The notes beneath the pieces were generated by a model. It made no database searches. It saw only the letters and a list, made by a program, of their open reading frames with translations, and was not told the DNA's origin. From the NCBI GenBank assembly GCA_017625675.1, contig JAGAKK010000030.1:10509-74508 (forward strand): a DNA stretch of 64,000 nt, read 5' to 3'. This document shows positions 10,305 to 20,385 of this stretch, piece after piece; the first letter of the stretch is position 1, and the number at the start of each line of letters is the position of its first letter. The DNA is from Clostridia bacterium (GTDB lineage Bacteria; Bacillota; Clostridia; UBA1212). Made by a program: the position numbers and the translations under genes.

Positions 10305-11519
10305 ATGAAATTTATAGAAAACGGAACAGTTACTTCACCTAAGGGATTTAAAGCGGCAGGTGTTTCTGCGGGACTTAAAGCAAACGGAAAGAAGGATCTC
10401 GCACTTGTAGTTTCCGATAACGTTGCAAATGCTGCAGGTGTGTACACCAGAAACCTTGTAAAGGGTCATTCTTTGCAGCTCACAATAAAAAATATGGCAG
10501 GCAGAGAGCTTAAAGCTGTGGCGGTAAACAGCGGTTGCGCCAATGCCTGTGCAGGAAGAGCCGGCGAAGAGGCTGCAGAAATCGTGTGCAAGAAAGTTGC
10601 CGGGATTTTGGGAACGGAGAAAGAGAAGATTGCCGTAGGTTCTACAGGTGTTATAGGCTACGTATTGCCCCATGAAAAAATCACTGCAGGTATTGAAAGA
10701 GCATGCAAAGAATTATCTTACGATGAAGATGGCGGCCACAATGCTGAAATGGCTATTATGACTACTGACACAGTGCCCAAGGAGTTTGCCGTAAGTGTGG
10801 ATATCGGCGGAAAAGAAGTAATCGTAGGCGGTATGGCAAAAGGTTCCGGAATGATTCATCCCAATATGGGAACAATGATTTCCATAGTTACAACTGATGC
10901 AAAGGTAAGCAAGGAAGTGCTTGATTATGCGTTGAAAAAGGTTACCGAGGTGACTTTCAACAGAGTATCGGTTGACGGTGATACTTCAGTTTGTGACATG
11001 TGTCTTGTAATGGCAAACGGACAGGCCGGAAATGATGAAATTACTTCTGTGGACAGCGAAGAAGCAAAGTTGTTTACAGAGGCTCTTCATAAAGTCTGTG
11101 ACAGCCTTGCAAGAGGCCTTGCCAAGGACGGTGAGGGCGCTACTAAACTTCTTGAGGTGTGTGTGGAAAATGCTCCCACTGCTGAAGACGCATACAAAAT
11201 TGCTCTTGCTGTTGCAAAATCACCTCTTTGTAAAACTGCTTTCTTTGGAGAAGACGCAAACTGGGGAAGAATTCTCACTGCGGCAGGATATTCAGGAGCG
11301 CAGTTTGATCCTCTGAGAGTTGATATTTATATCGGAGATGTGAAGGTATGCGAAAATGGTGAGGCATTGCCTTTTGATGAGGATGCTGCCCTTGCTATAC
11401 TTAAGAAAAACGAAATTAAAGTTCTTATAGATATGCTTGACGGAACCTTTAACGACAAGATGTGGACTTGTGATTTTTCTTATGACTACGTAAAAATTAA
11501 CGGAAGCTACAGAACTTGA
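10305..11519 (+). CDS. argJ: Ornithine acetyltransferase ArgJ
   Basis: IMTTDT, KGSGMIHPNMGT autocleavage region, DGEGATK, NWGRI. Confidence 0.95.
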   Translation: MKFIENGTVTSPKGFKAAGVSAGLKANGKKDLALVVSDNVANAAGVYTRNLVKGHSLQLTIKNMAGRELKAVAVNSGCANACAGRAGEEAAEIVCKKVAGILGTEKEKIAVGSTGVIGYVLPHEKITAGIERACKELSYDEDGGHNAEMAIMTTDTVPKEFAVSVDIGGKEVIVGGMAKGSGMIHPNMGTMISIVTTDAKVSKEVLDYALKKVTEVTFNRVSVDGDTSVCDMCLVMANGQAGNDEITSVDSEEAKLFTEALHKVCDSLARGLAKDGEGATKLLEVCVENAPTAEDAYKIALAVAKSPLCKTAFFGEDANWGRILTAAGYSGAQFDPLRVDIYIGDVKVCENGEALPFDEDAALAILKKNEIKVLIDMLDGTFNDKMWTCDFSYDYVKINGSYRT

Positions 11520-11555
11520 TATTTGTATATTAAAGATCGGGAGAGTATTTATTGA

Positions 11556-13613
11556 ATGGAAAATAATATTAACGGTGACACAAGAAAAGATGCAGAATTT
11601 CAAAAGGAACTGGAATATGCTGAGCTTGTAACTGATATTCTTCTCAAAAAAATTGACAGCGAAAACGGACTTCTTGAAATGCGCCGTGAGAAAGTGCTTG
11701 GCGACAGGCAGTATTTTATGGACTATTTCAATGAATTGAAGGAGGACGAGCGTAACGATTGGCTTCAAACGGAACACTCGAATCTGAAATCTTACGATAT
11801 ATCTAAAACGGAACTGGCAAAGCTTGCAAAGCAATTAGGGGAGCCCTATTTTGCCTGCGTTGATTTTCAGGAAGAGGGCAAGACTCTGCAGAAAAAGATA
11901 TATATAGGCGTTGGCAATATAATGCACGATTGTAAGCTTTACGTTTATGATTGGAGAGCGCCTGTTTCTTCTCTGTACTACGAGTGCGAAGTAGGGGAAG
12001 GCGAATATACTGCGCCCTGCGGAGTTGTAAAAGGCACCGTTACGGGAAAGAAGAAGTTTTCATTCAGAAACGGAAGGCTCGTAAGTGTTACCGATATCAA
12101 TATGCCGTCAGACGATGATTTTCTTATAGAGATATTGTCAAAACATGCTGACGGAAAGATGAAAACGATTATTGACTCCTTGCAGAAAGAACAAAACCGT
12201 ATAGTAAGAGATTTTATTAACGGCGTGAATATTATTCAAGGCTGCGCAGGCAGCGGAAAGACATCCGTGGCGCTCCACAAAATTGCATATATTATGTACA
12301 GTTTTCGCGATCGTCTTAAGGACAGCGATATTGTAATTTTGTCACCTAATAACGTTTTTTCTTCGTACATTTCTAACGTTCTTCCTGATCTGGGTGAAGA
12401 AAACGTTACGCAGATGACTCAGGAGCGCTTTATCAAGTTGATAACAGAGGATTGCGGCATATCCTACTCGGATCGCGCTATGACCATGGAGAGGATACTT
12501 GCATCCGATGATGAAACGCTTGTTAAAGCTATGAAATTTAAAAACAGTGATACTTTTAAGACAGTTCTGGATGAATATTGCAAATATTTTGAGCGGACCT
12601 GCTTTGTGCCCCAACCGCTGTTTCTGGATGCTGATGGCGACGAGTTTATTTCCGAGGAGGATCTGGACTTTTTGTTCCACACGGAATTTCAGGACGAGAG
12701 CGTTCTTATGAGACCTCAATTAATGGTTAAGTACATTTCAAGGAAAAACCGTATTAAGGATCAGGGCGTACAAGAGGAATTGGAGAACCAGTTGTACGGA
12801 ATGATGACAACCTGTGATTTCAGAAAGATATATGCGGATCTGTACAATGATGAGCTTTTTTATAATTCATTGGCAGAGGATGTTAAAGAAAAAGCAGGTG
12901 AGTTGTCACAATATCAGATTCTTCCATACACATGGGAGGACGGCTGTGCAGTTGCATACCTGAGAGTTATTCTTGCAGGTCTTGAACAGCCTGAAAACGT
13001 ATTTTACTTTTTCGCTGATGAGGCTCAGGATTTGTCGCCTGTAATGCTTGCAGTTATCAAGGCGGCTTACGGAAGCGCTGATATGCTTTTTGCAGGAGAT
13101 ATTGCCCAGAATGTTTTTTGCTGCGGTGAGGACTATGCAACGGTTCTGAAAAAGACTTTTCCCGGAAAGCACTACAAGAAATATGAGCTGCTTACCAATT
13201 ATCGTTCTACAGCGGAAATTGCAGACTTTGCCTGTGGGTATACGGATATCAGGAAGGACGTTTCCTGCATCAGAAAGGGAGACGCGCCTTGCATTATACA
13301 GGGAGAGGGGCAGCTTTCAGAAAAGGTTTCTTCATGGATAGAGGAAATGAATGAGAAAGGCTACGTTACCGGCGCTGTAATCTGTGCATCAAAGAAAGAG
13401 GCTGACAATTTGGCTATCGAAGTTCAGCTTCCTGAGGTGATGGATATTGATATTAAATTCTTACCTGCATATATCGCTAAGGGCTTGGAGTACGATTGCG
13501 TTCTCGTTGTCAATGAAAATGAGAGGATGAGAGAGAAGGATGATCTGCTTGGTACGAATATGCTTTACACGTCCTGTACCAGAGCGCTCCACAGTCTGTC
13601 CGTAATAGTTTGA
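11556..13613 (+). CDS. helD: HelD-like SF1 helicase / RNA polymerase recycling ATPase
   Basis: PYF..VDF, DWRAP, GCAGSGKT, DEAQD, YRST, KGLEYD. Confidence 0.8.
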   Translation: MENNINGDTRKDAEFQKELEYAELVTDILLKKIDSENGLLEMRREKVLGDRQYFMDYFNELKEDERNDWLQTEHSNLKSYDISKTELAKLAKQLGEPYFACVDFQEEGKTLQKKIYIGVGNIMHDCKLYVYDWRAPVSSLYYECEVGEGEYTAPCGVVKGTVTGKKKFSFRNGRLVSVTDINMPSDDDFLIEILSKHADGKMKTIIDSLQKEQNRIVRDFINGVNIIQGCAGSGKTSVALHKIAYIMYSFRDRLKDSDIVILSPNNVFSSYISNVLPDLGEENVTQMTQERFIKLITEDCGISYSDRAMTMERILASDDETLVKAMKFKNSDTFKTVLDEYCKYFERTCFVPQPLFLDADGDEFISEEDLDFLFHTEFQDESVLMRPQLMVKYISRKNRIKDQGVQEELENQLYGMMTTCDFRKIYADLYNDELFYNSLAEDVKEKAGELSQYQILPYTWEDGCAVAYLRVILAGLEQPENVFYFFADEAQDLSPVMLAVIKAAYGSADMLFAGDIAQNVFCCGEDYATVLKKTFPGKHYKKYELLTNYRSTAEIADFACGYTDIRKDVSCIRKGDAPCIIQGEGQLSEKVSSWIEEMNEKGYVTGAVICASKKEADNLAIEVQLPEVMDIDIKFLPAYIAKGLEYDCVLVVNENERMREKDDLLGTNMLYTSCTRALHSLSVIV

Positions 13614-13633
13614 CCAAACAGGAGGGCGAGAAT

Positions 13634-14533
13634 ATGTCGTATACCGTAGAGGTCAGAAAAATGCTTTGTGAGGCGGAATTGAAAAAAAACTGCTGTGCCG
13701 TAACAGAACTTAACGCTTTTCTTTACTTTGCTCAAAATACGAAAACTGACTCCGCAGGTCAGAGGAGCTTTGTAACCAAGGAAAAATACATTGCGGGAAG
13801 AGTTGCTTTTTTGCATAAAAAAGTTTTTGGTAGTCGTACTGAGATTTACGAAAGCCGGAGCAAAAAGGGCAAAGGCACTGTGTATTATGAGATTTCCTTG
13901 AATGATATGTCTGAAAATGTCAAGGCGGAGGAGCTTTTTAAACGTCCTTTGTCTTTAGAAGAAAATGAGTGCTGTAAAAAGGCTGTGCTCAGGGCGGCTT
14001 TTGTAATGGGTGGAGCGGTATCTTCGCCTGATTCCTCGGCGACTTACGTGGAATTGTATTTTGCGGAAGAAGCAGATGCCCTGGCTGTGAAGGATGTTTT
14101 ATCAGGTTTTGGTATAAAAAGCGGCTGTTCCGTCAGGCGGGACAAACACGTTGTTTACATTAAAAATTTTGAAGGTATCTGTGATTTTTTGATTCTTACA
14201 GGAGCCCAGAAAGCGATGCTGGATTTTCAGATGAGCAAGACGGACCGGGAGGTAAACAACAGCGTAAACCGGACGATGAATTGCGATATGGCAAATATTG
14301 ACCGTGTATCTGCAAACGGAATGAAAGAAAAGGCCGCTATCGAGTACTTGATGTCGTCAGGAAGGTTTGAATCGTTGTCGGAGCCATTGAAGGCTGTGGC
14401 GAAATTACGGTTGGAATATCCCTTGGCAACGCTTTCTGAGCTTGGACAAATGATGAAGCCTGTTATGTCAAAATCAGGCGTAAGTCACCGGATGAAGAAA
14501 ATATTGGAGATAGGCGGAGTGAAAAATCCGTAA
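13634..14533 (+). CDS. whiA: DNA-binding protein WhiA
   Basis: LRAAF..GG, VNR..NCD.AN, C-terminal HTH 'SKSGVSHRM'. Confidence 0.9.
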   Translation: MSYTVEVRKMLCEAELKKNCCAVTELNAFLYFAQNTKTDSAGQRSFVTKEKYIAGRVAFLHKKVFGSRTEIYESRSKKGKGTVYYEISLNDMSENVKAEELFKRPLSLEENECCKKAVLRAAFVMGGAVSSPDSSATYVELYFAEEADALAVKDVLSGFGIKSGCSVRRDKHVVYIKNFEGICDFLILTGAQKAMLDFQMSKTDREVNNSVNRTMNCDMANIDRVSANGMKEKAAIEYLMSSGRFESLSEPLKAVAKLRLEYPLATLSELGQMMKPVMSKSGVSHRMKKILEIGGVKNP

Positions 14534-14577
14534 TCAGTTGCATATTATATTTAGCGTAGTTTTTTTCGGAGGATTTA

Positions 14578-15540
14578 ATGATATATTCCGTAAATGAAAT
14601 TAACAAAAAACTGAAAAACGAAGGCATTGAGAATATGATAGCCTCAGCAGAAGCCTATCACGTTGCCCAATTTAGCGAGCTGATTGGTAACATTAATGCT
14701 TCCCATAAAGATATCGGCGATTTTGTGGGCGCTATTTTTGTGACAGGTCCTTCTGCGTCAGGGAAAACCATTTTTTCAAATCGACTTGCGACACTTCTGA
14801 AAAAAGAAGGCTATAATGCGTCTGTGATTTCCATTGACGATTATTACAGGGATCGCGACGAGATACACCGTATGCAGATTGAAAGCGGTATTGTGTCACC
14901 TGATGCGACGCAGTTTGATTATGAAACTATCGACGCTTTTGACGTGCAGTTTTTCAGAACTCAGATGAAACAATATCTTGACGGTGAAAGCATAAGATTG
15001 CCGCTGTATAATTTTAATACCGGTTACAGAGAAGAAAGCAATCGGATCCTTAAAAGGGAAAAGAATAGTGTGCTGATAGTAGAGGGCATTCAGGCCATGA
15101 ATCCTGTCCTTGGCGGAGGCCTTGGCTTTTCAAAAGAACTGAATATTTATATCAGTCCGTTTAATTCCTACGTTAATGAAAGCGGCAAGGTAATTCTTGA
15201 TACGAAACAGGTAAGATTTTTGCGGAGAGGCGTGCGCGATATAGTGCAACGCGGAACGCATATTTCAAAAAATATTGAGATGTGGAAGGCTGTAAGGGCA
15301 GGGGAAGAGAAATACATAAAGCCTATGAAGCAATATGCGGACTTTTTCTTTAATTCCTCACTGGAGTATGAGGTTATGTTCTACAGAAGCCGCCTGGATG
15401 AGATTCTTGAAAATATTGACGACAATACCCGTGAGAAGTTGATGGCTGTTGTGGATATTGACGTTTTAAGGAGCTTTCCTGCGGTGAGAAAAATTGATGC
15501 TCCTGATGACTCTATTTTTTCGGAATTCTACGTGGGTTGA
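14578..15540 (+). CDS. Uridine/nucleoside kinase family protein
   Basis: [29 protein letters not shown]...RG. Confidence 0.8.
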   Translation: MIYSVNEINKKLKNEGIENMIASAEAYHVAQFSELIGNINASHKDIGDFVGAIFVTGPSASGKTIFSNRLATLLKKEGYNASVISIDDYYRDRDEIHRMQIESGIVSPDATQFDYETIDAFDVQFFRTQMKQYLDGESIRLPLYNFNTGYREESNRILKREKNSVLIVEGIQAMNPVLGGGLGFSKELNIYISPFNSYVNESGKVILDTKQVRFLRRGVRDIVQRGTHISKNIEMWKAVRAGEEKYIKPMKQYADFFFNSSLEYEVMFYRSRLDEILENIDDNTREKLMAVVDIDVLRSFPAVRKIDAPDDSIFSEFYVG

Positions 15541-15565
15541 CAATATATTGCAAAAAGTGTAAAAT
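15537..15565 (+). promoter_or_regulatory. sigmaA promoter for ireB
   Basis: TTGACA-17 nt-TAAAAT. Confidence 0.75.
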
Positions 15566-15614
15566 AAAAGAGTGTTTTGATGAGAAATGCCTTTGGAAAG
15601 TGAGTGGTGATCAG

Positions 15615-15893
15615 ATGGAACAGCAGAACGGAAAGTATAAAAAGAACACTGCTTTTGTTAAATTAGAAAGTCACGAAAACCATGCAGGGGAAGTTATTGC
15701 CTCTGTGTATTCTGCGCTTAAGGAGAGAGGATATAACCCTATAAACCAGATTGTAGGGTATATTATGTCCGGCGATCCTACGTATATCACCAATTATAAA
15801 AATGCCAGATCAACGATTGCAGGTGTTGAACGCGATGAACTTCTGGAGGAGTTTGTATCATTTTACCTTAAGAACATTTCCGAAGAGAAATAA
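15615..15893 (+). CDS. ireB: IreB/ReoM family regulatory phosphoprotein (UPF0297)
   Basis: [22 protein letters not shown] signature; start at ATG 15615. Confidence 0.92.
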   Translation: MEQQNGKYKKNTAFVKLESHENHAGEVIASVYSALKERGYNPINQIVGYIMSGDPTYITNYKNARSTIAGVERDELLEEFVSFYLKNISEEK

Positions 15894-16001
15894 TATTTAG
15901 GGTATTACGGATTGTATATGCAAAATCAGCGTGGATCCGAGGCTACGGCTTTGTATTTGCGCTTTTTTTATTAGTTACGAAAAAGAGGCTTTTGATAAAT
16001 T

Positions 16002-16418
16002 ATGGGTAGACTTATGGGGCTTGATTACGGCGACAGCAGGATTGGCGTGGCAATGAGCGATCCTATGCACATTACCGCCTCCGGAAAATGCGTTGTAGAC
16101 GGCACTAAAGGAATAAAACACGTTATTTCAGAAATCGGAGCTCTCGTTGCTCAGAATGACGTGGAGAAAATCATTATCGGGTATCCGCTTAATATGAACG
16201 GTACTCAAGGTATACGCGTTGAGAGAACGGAGAAATTCATTGCAAGGTTTCAGGAGGAATATCCTGACGTTGAGATAATACGGTGGGACGAGCGGCTTAC
16301 TACCGTTGCGGCCGACAGGGCAATGCGCGAAATGGGTGTCAGCCAGAGAAAAAAAGGGGTCAGCGATATGCTGGCGGCGGCATTTATTTTGCAAGGATAT
16401 ATAGAGAGTGTTTATTGA
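16002..16418 (+). CDS. ruvX: RuvX/YqgF family nuclease
   Basis: GLDYG..RIGVA, DERLTT, D..AA..ILQ. Confidence 0.93.
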   Translation: MGRLMGLDYGDSRIGVAMSDPMHITASGKCVVDGTKGIKHVISEIGALVAQNDVEKIIIGYPLNMNGTQGIRVERTEKFIARFQEEYPDVEIIRWDERLTTVAADRAMREMGVSQRKKGVSDMLAAAFILQGYIESVY

Positions 16419-16432
16419 CGAAGTAAAGGAGA

Positions 16433-16741
16433 ATGGTTATGGAAGAGAACAAGGACATCATTAACGAGGATGAGGGCGACGTAATCCTTACCGATGAGGA
16501 GGGCAATGAATATAAATTTACGTTTCTTGATTACGTTGATTACAACGAGAAGCTTTATGCTGTTTTCGCTCCTGCAGATGCAGACCTTGACAACGAAGAC
16601 GAGGAGTTAAGCGTTTTTGTTATGGAGGTTTCAGTGGTAGATGACAACGTATCATTTAACTTAATTGAGGACGACAAAATCGCTGAGGGCGTAATTGAAG
16701 CTTTTTATAATCAGGCAATTGAGGACGTAAACGAGGAATAA
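16433..16741 (+). CDS. DUF1292 family acidic protein
   Basis: ILTDEEG.E..F motif; usual position after ruvX. Confidence 0.85.
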   Translation: MVMEENKDIINEDEGDVILTDEEGNEYKFTFLDYVDYNEKLYAVFAPADADLDNEDEELSVFVMEVSVVDDNVSFNLIEDDKIAEGVIEAFYNQAIEDVNEE

Positions 16742-16746
16742 TCTTA

Positions 16747-17727
16747 ATGAAGCATTTTTTTATTATCAATCCTTCTGCAGGAAAAGTTCATGAAGGGAAT
16801 TGCCGGGCAGGCATTGAAAAGGTGTGCAAGGAAAGAGGCCTTGTATACGAAATAGGGAAGACCTCAGGCCGCGGAAGCATTCTGAAACTTGTCAAGGATG
16901 CTGTTAGCAGAGGCTTTGACGTTATTTACCCAATTGGCGGCGACGGCACCATTAACGAGGCTGCCAATGCTCTTTTGCGCCATATTGAAAGCACCGGAAA
17001 TCCTGAAAATGTAATGCTTGCGCCTGTTGCGGCAGGTACGGGCAATGATTTTGTGAGAAGCCTTGATAATTCTTCCGTATATGCGGATTTTACGAAGCGC
17101 GTAAAAAAGAGCGACGCAGTTGCTTTTAAAAAGAATAAGTTCACCGGCAACGAGTGGGCTGAGTACATAGGGGCGGTTATTGACGGAAAAGAATGCAAAG
17201 TTGACTGCGCCAAGGCCAATGACAAATTTTTTATTAATATCGCATCTCTGGGAATTGATGCCTGCGTTGTAAAAAATGCAGTTGCGTTCAAGAAAAGTAA
17301 GCTTTGCCCCGACAAGTTTGCATACACGGCAAGCGTAGTAAAAACTTTTGTTAAATACAAGCCCTTTGTTTTTGAAATATCAATTGACGGAGGCGAGCCG
17401 GTAACAGGGGAGTATACCCTTGCGGCAGTTGCCAATGGAAAATACTATGGTGGTGGCATTATGCCTGTGCCTTCTGCAAGTCTTAAAAACGGCAGACTTG
17501 ACGTGTGCATTGCAAAAAAAGTCAAGAAGATACAGGTGATAGACTTCTTCCCGAAATATGCCAAGGGAAAACATACAAATCTTCCTATTGCGCAATTTGC
17601 GGAATGTAAAGAGATTACTATTAAGTCACCGGAAACCATAGCGCTGAACGTTGACGGCGAGCTTTATGACGTTGACAGCGTGGTTTTCAAGGTGCAGGAT
17701 TTTAAGTTGCCCATTAAGGAATTATGA
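16747..17727 (+). CDS. Diacylglycerol/lipid kinase family protein (YegS/DagK)
   Basis: NPSAG, GGDGT.NE, GTGNDF, YYGGG, VDGE. Confidence 0.9.
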   Translation: MKHFFIINPSAGKVHEGNCRAGIEKVCKERGLVYEIGKTSGRGSILKLVKDAVSRGFDVIYPIGGDGTINEAANALLRHIESTGNPENVMLAPVAAGTGNDFVRSLDNSSVYADFTKRVKKSDAVAFKKNKFTGNEWAEYIGAVIDGKECKVDCAKANDKFFINIASLGIDACVVKNAVAFKKSKLCPDKFAYTASVVKTFVKYKPFVFEISIDGGEPVTGEYTLAAVANGKYYGGGIMPVPSASLKNGRLDVCIAKKVKKIQVIDFFPKYAKGKHTNLPIAQFAECKEITIKSPETIALNVDGELYDVDSVVFKVQDFKLPIKEL

Positions 17728-17764
17728 TTGCAAGTACATTTTTTTATATTATTTAAAAAAGTGC

Positions 17765-17793
17765 TTGCAATTATATGTGGCGTATGTTAAAAT
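17765..17793 (+). promoter_or_regulatory. sigmaA promoter for the tRNA pair
   Basis: TTGCAA-17 nt-TAAAAT with TGn extension. Confidence 0.7.
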
Positions 17794-17831
17794 CATTATC
17801 GCTGTTGCGGAATTGACTCAGCTTATTCGAT

Positions 17832-17905
17832 GCGGGTATAGTTCAGTGGCAGAACACCAGCTTCCCAAGCTGGCTATGGGGGTTCGATTCCCCTTACCCG
17901 CTCCA
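17832..17905 (+). tRNA. tRNA-Gly (CCC)
   Basis: GCGGGTA...CCAGC-TTCCCAA-GCTGG...GGTTCGATTCC...TACCCGCTCCA. Confidence 0.97.
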
Positions 17906-17916
17906 ATATAATATTT

Positions 17917-17992
17917 GCCTCCATAGCTCAGTAGGTAGAGCGCATCCATGGTAAGGATGAGGTCATCAGTTCGATCCTGATTGGAGGCTCCA
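17917..17992 (+). tRNA. tRNA-Thr (GGT)
   Basis: GCCTCCA...CATCC-ATGGTAA-GGATG...GTTCGATCC...TGGAGGCTCCA. Confidence 0.97.
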
Positions 17993-17994
17993 AG

Positions 17995-18029
17995 AAAAAA
18001 GTCCTGTTCGAAAGAACTGGACTTTTTTC
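17995..18029 (+). terminator. Intrinsic terminator after the tRNAs
   Basis: aaaaaagtcc-tgttc-gaaa-gaact-ggacttttttc. Confidence 0.8.
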
Positions 18030-18203
18030 AACTAAATCCGTCCATTCAGACGGGATAAATCCATCTTCGATGGTGCGTAGCACGAGTTCACTTTGCTTGT
18101 ATTGTTTAAGCAGTTATGTTATAATATTCGTAGAAATGAGGTGGCTCTATTCGGAGAATGCTCGTTTCGTCTATCAATACAATAAAAAGTAAGGAGTAAT
18201 TCT

Positions 18204-18608
18204 GTGAAAAAGTTAAATGTTGCTTTAATTAATGATTTTCTGTATTGTAAATTCCCTGAAAACATAAAAAATATAAAAGAATTTATTGAATTTCTAAATA
18301 AAAACTATCATTCCTTTGTTGAAATTGAATCCTTTGTTGAAGAAGGCTGTGTCGCACCATTCTACATTGAGGAAGATTTAAAAATTGATAAACAATATTG
18401 GACTCCCTCTAATATTCGCAATATAAAAGAATCGGAAGTGTTTATTTTATGTAGATCGGAATATGAAGAAAAACTGAAAAAAGTCATTTCGGAGAAATGT
18501 GCTCATTGTGTAAACTATTCGGAAGATGCATGTGAACAAGATCTCAAATCTCATATTGAACATATTGACTTAAATGGCGAATGCTACGGATACGAAAAGA
18601 AAAAATAA
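18204..18608 (+). CDS. Hypothetical protein with a C-terminal Cys cluster
   Basis: AAGGAG RBS and own promoter (TTGTAT-17-TATAAT, 18097-18125); visibly AT-rich; CAHC...C...C. Confidence 0.75.
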   Translation: MKKLNVALINDFLYCKFPENIKNIKEFIEFLNKNYHSFVEIESFVEEGCVAPFYIEEDLKIDKQYWTPSNIRNIKESEVFILCRSEYEEKLKKVISEKCAHCVNYSEDACEQDLKSHIEHIDLNGECYGYEKKK

Positions 18609-18656
18609 AGAAAATCAGGTTCTTAGACCGGTTTCGTTGTGAGTGTCGGTTTTAGA

Positions 18657-18690
18657 AAATCCCGTTTACGAGAGTGAACGGGATTTTTTA
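18657..18690 (+). terminator. Intrinsic terminator
   Basis: aaaatcccgtttac-gaga-gtgaacgggatttttt. Confidence 0.8.
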
Positions 18691-18781
18691 TTGCTATGAT
18701 TATAATAATATTATTATTACCTTATTGTCTATTTGATTTAACGCTATGGTCATGTTATACTGTGCATAGGGCGGTGATGAT

Positions 18782-19255
18782 ATGTTGCTTGATAGATATG
18801 ATTTTTATGATTTACACGCTGTTTTAGTTGCAATTCGTGCTAATCCCAGTGCCGAATATAACGCAGAAATACTAAAAGCGATAATTTCGGTTTTAGACAA
18901 ACCGCAAGGAACAAACATAGTTGAAGCGAACATAATCAGAGACTTATTAAAGCCTGTTAACATTATCGACAAGGAACTTTATTCATGGGTATATATTAAT
19001 AATGCTTATACCTATGGACAAAGGCTTGAGAAGAATGAATTTTATTATAGTGTTTTATCAAAGGCTTTTGTGAAATTGTTGTTTTTTCTAGAACGGCAGG
19101 AGTATGATATTGTACACGATCTGGCGGATGCATTACATAACATTCCGGTTTTTATAGCGGATGAAAAAAAGGACTTCAAAAAGTTAGTTAAATTGGAGTT
19201 TGATTTCTATAACAAGAAATATAAAAAAGATTTATGGAAAGAGTTGACAAGTTGA
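18782..19255 (+). CDS. Hypothetical protein
   Basis: 157-aa AT-rich ORF with upstream TTGATT-17-TATACT; 'DLADALHNIP' motif; no family recognised. Confidence 0.7.
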   Translation: MLLDRYDFYDLHAVLVAIRANPSAEYNAEILKAIISVLDKPQGTNIVEANIIRDLLKPVNIIDKELYSWVYINNAYTYGQRLEKNEFYYSVLSKAFVKLLFFLERQEYDIVHDLADALHNIPVFIADEKKDFKKLVKLEFDFYNKKYKKDLWKELTS

Positions 19256-19321
19256 ATTAATGGAAATACTGTTTGAGATTTTATTTGAAAGGAATGGACA
19301 ATAATTTTTAAACGAAGGTGA

Positions 19322-19357
19322 AGGGCTTCCGGCTTTATGGGTCGGAGCCTTTTTTTA
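19322..19357 (+). terminator. Intrinsic terminator
   Basis: agggcttccggc...gtcggagcct followed by a T run. Confidence 0.7.
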
Positions 19358-19379
19358 TTTAAAACATTGACAATATTCT

Positions 19380-19419
19380 TTGGGAAATACTTGATAAATC
19401 TTGGGAAATAATATAAAAT
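19380..19419 (+). promoter_or_regulatory. ttdAB promoter with a direct-repeat operator
   Basis: TTGATA(19391)-17-TAAAAT(19414); TTGGGAAATA at 19380 and 19401. Confidence 0.6.
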
Positions 19420-19467
19420 TTAGATAGTTGCTTTTTGTGGCTGAATTTATGTGAGGGAGTGGGTGTC

Positions 19468-20370
19468 GTGGAGAATATTAACGTGAGAGAGCGCATTGCG
19501 GGATGCGTTGCGGATTTTCTTAATATTATGTCGAAAAGGCTTCCTGATGACGTGTATGACCGCCTTTGTGAGATGAAGGAGGCCGAAACGTTGCCCTCTG
19601 CATGTTCCGTGTATGATTGTATGTTTGAAAATATTCGTGAGGCCGTAAGGCTTGACAGACCTATTTGTCAGGATACGGGGCTTATTCAGTTTTTTGTAAA
19701 GGCAGGAGCAAAGTTTCCGTACCTTTCTGAAATCAGCGGCGCTTTGGAGCAGGCTGTGAGAATTGCTACAAAGAAAACTCCTTTGAGACCTAATGCGGTT
19801 CTTCCTTTTGATGAGAAGAATACGGGGGATAATATTGCGCCGGGGTCTCCGTGGATTGAGTGGGAGATAGTTCCGGACAGTGATTCCTTGACTCTTGAAA
19901 TATATATGGCAGGCGGCGGTTGCAGTCTGCCCGGAAAGGCTGTCGTGTTGATGCCCTCGGCAGGGTACGAAGGGGTTTGCGACGTGGTTTTAGAGGCTGT
20001 TTGTGACAGAGGGATAAATGCTTGTCCGCCCTTGGTTATCGGTGTGGGAATAGGAACCTGCGCTGATTCTGCAGGCGTTTTGTCTAAGAAGGCATTGCTC
20101 CGCAAAATCGGAAGTAGAAATCCTCATCCGAAGGCTGCGGAACTGGAGAAAATCATTAAAGATGCTGTTAATAGTATTGGCATCGGGCCTAATGCACTGA
20201 AAGGAAAAGAGTCGGTGCTTGACGTGAACGTGGAGTTTGGCGCACATCATCCTGCGACTCTTGCGGTGGGTGTTTCCTTTGGATGCTGGGCTACCAGACG
20301 GGGTGTGCTTGAGATAAATAGGGAACTTAATTGTGAAATATTGTCACATAAAAAGACTTTAGAGTTATAA
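19468..20370 (+). CDS. ttdA: L(+)-tartrate dehydratase alpha subunit (Fe-S hydro-lyase)
   Basis: CQDTG, YMAGGGCSLPG..VLMPS.GYEG, NACPP and GCWA.RRG match the TtdA pattern as I recall it; start at GTG after the GAGGGAG RBS. Confidence 0.85.
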   Translation: MENINVRERIAGCVADFLNIMSKRLPDDVYDRLCEMKEAETLPSACSVYDCMFENIREAVRLDRPICQDTGLIQFFVKAGAKFPYLSEISGALEQAVRIATKKTPLRPNAVLPFDEKNTGDNIAPGSPWIEWEIVPDSDSLTLEIYMAGGGCSLPGKAVVLMPSAGYEGVCDVVLEAVCDRGINACPPLVIGVGIGTCADSAGVLSKKALLRKIGSRNPHPKAAELEKIIKDAVNSIGIGPNALKGKESVLDVNVEFGAHHPATLAVGVSFGCWATRRGVLEINRELNCEILSHKKTLEL

Positions 20371-20385
20371 GGAAGGGTAACGTAT

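Noticed and set aside
2655-10447. Long antisense ORFs (for example 2655-3659, 8042-8653, 9689-10447)
   Set aside because: Lie almost wholly opposite well-supported conserved genes, with no recognisable motifs.
15915-15970. Imperfect hairpin between ireB and ruvX as a possible riboswitch
   Set aside because: No recognisable aptamer motif; most simply a weak terminator.
17651-17911. 86-aa ORF
   Set aside because: Overlaps the lipid kinase end, the promoter and tRNA-Gly; spurious.
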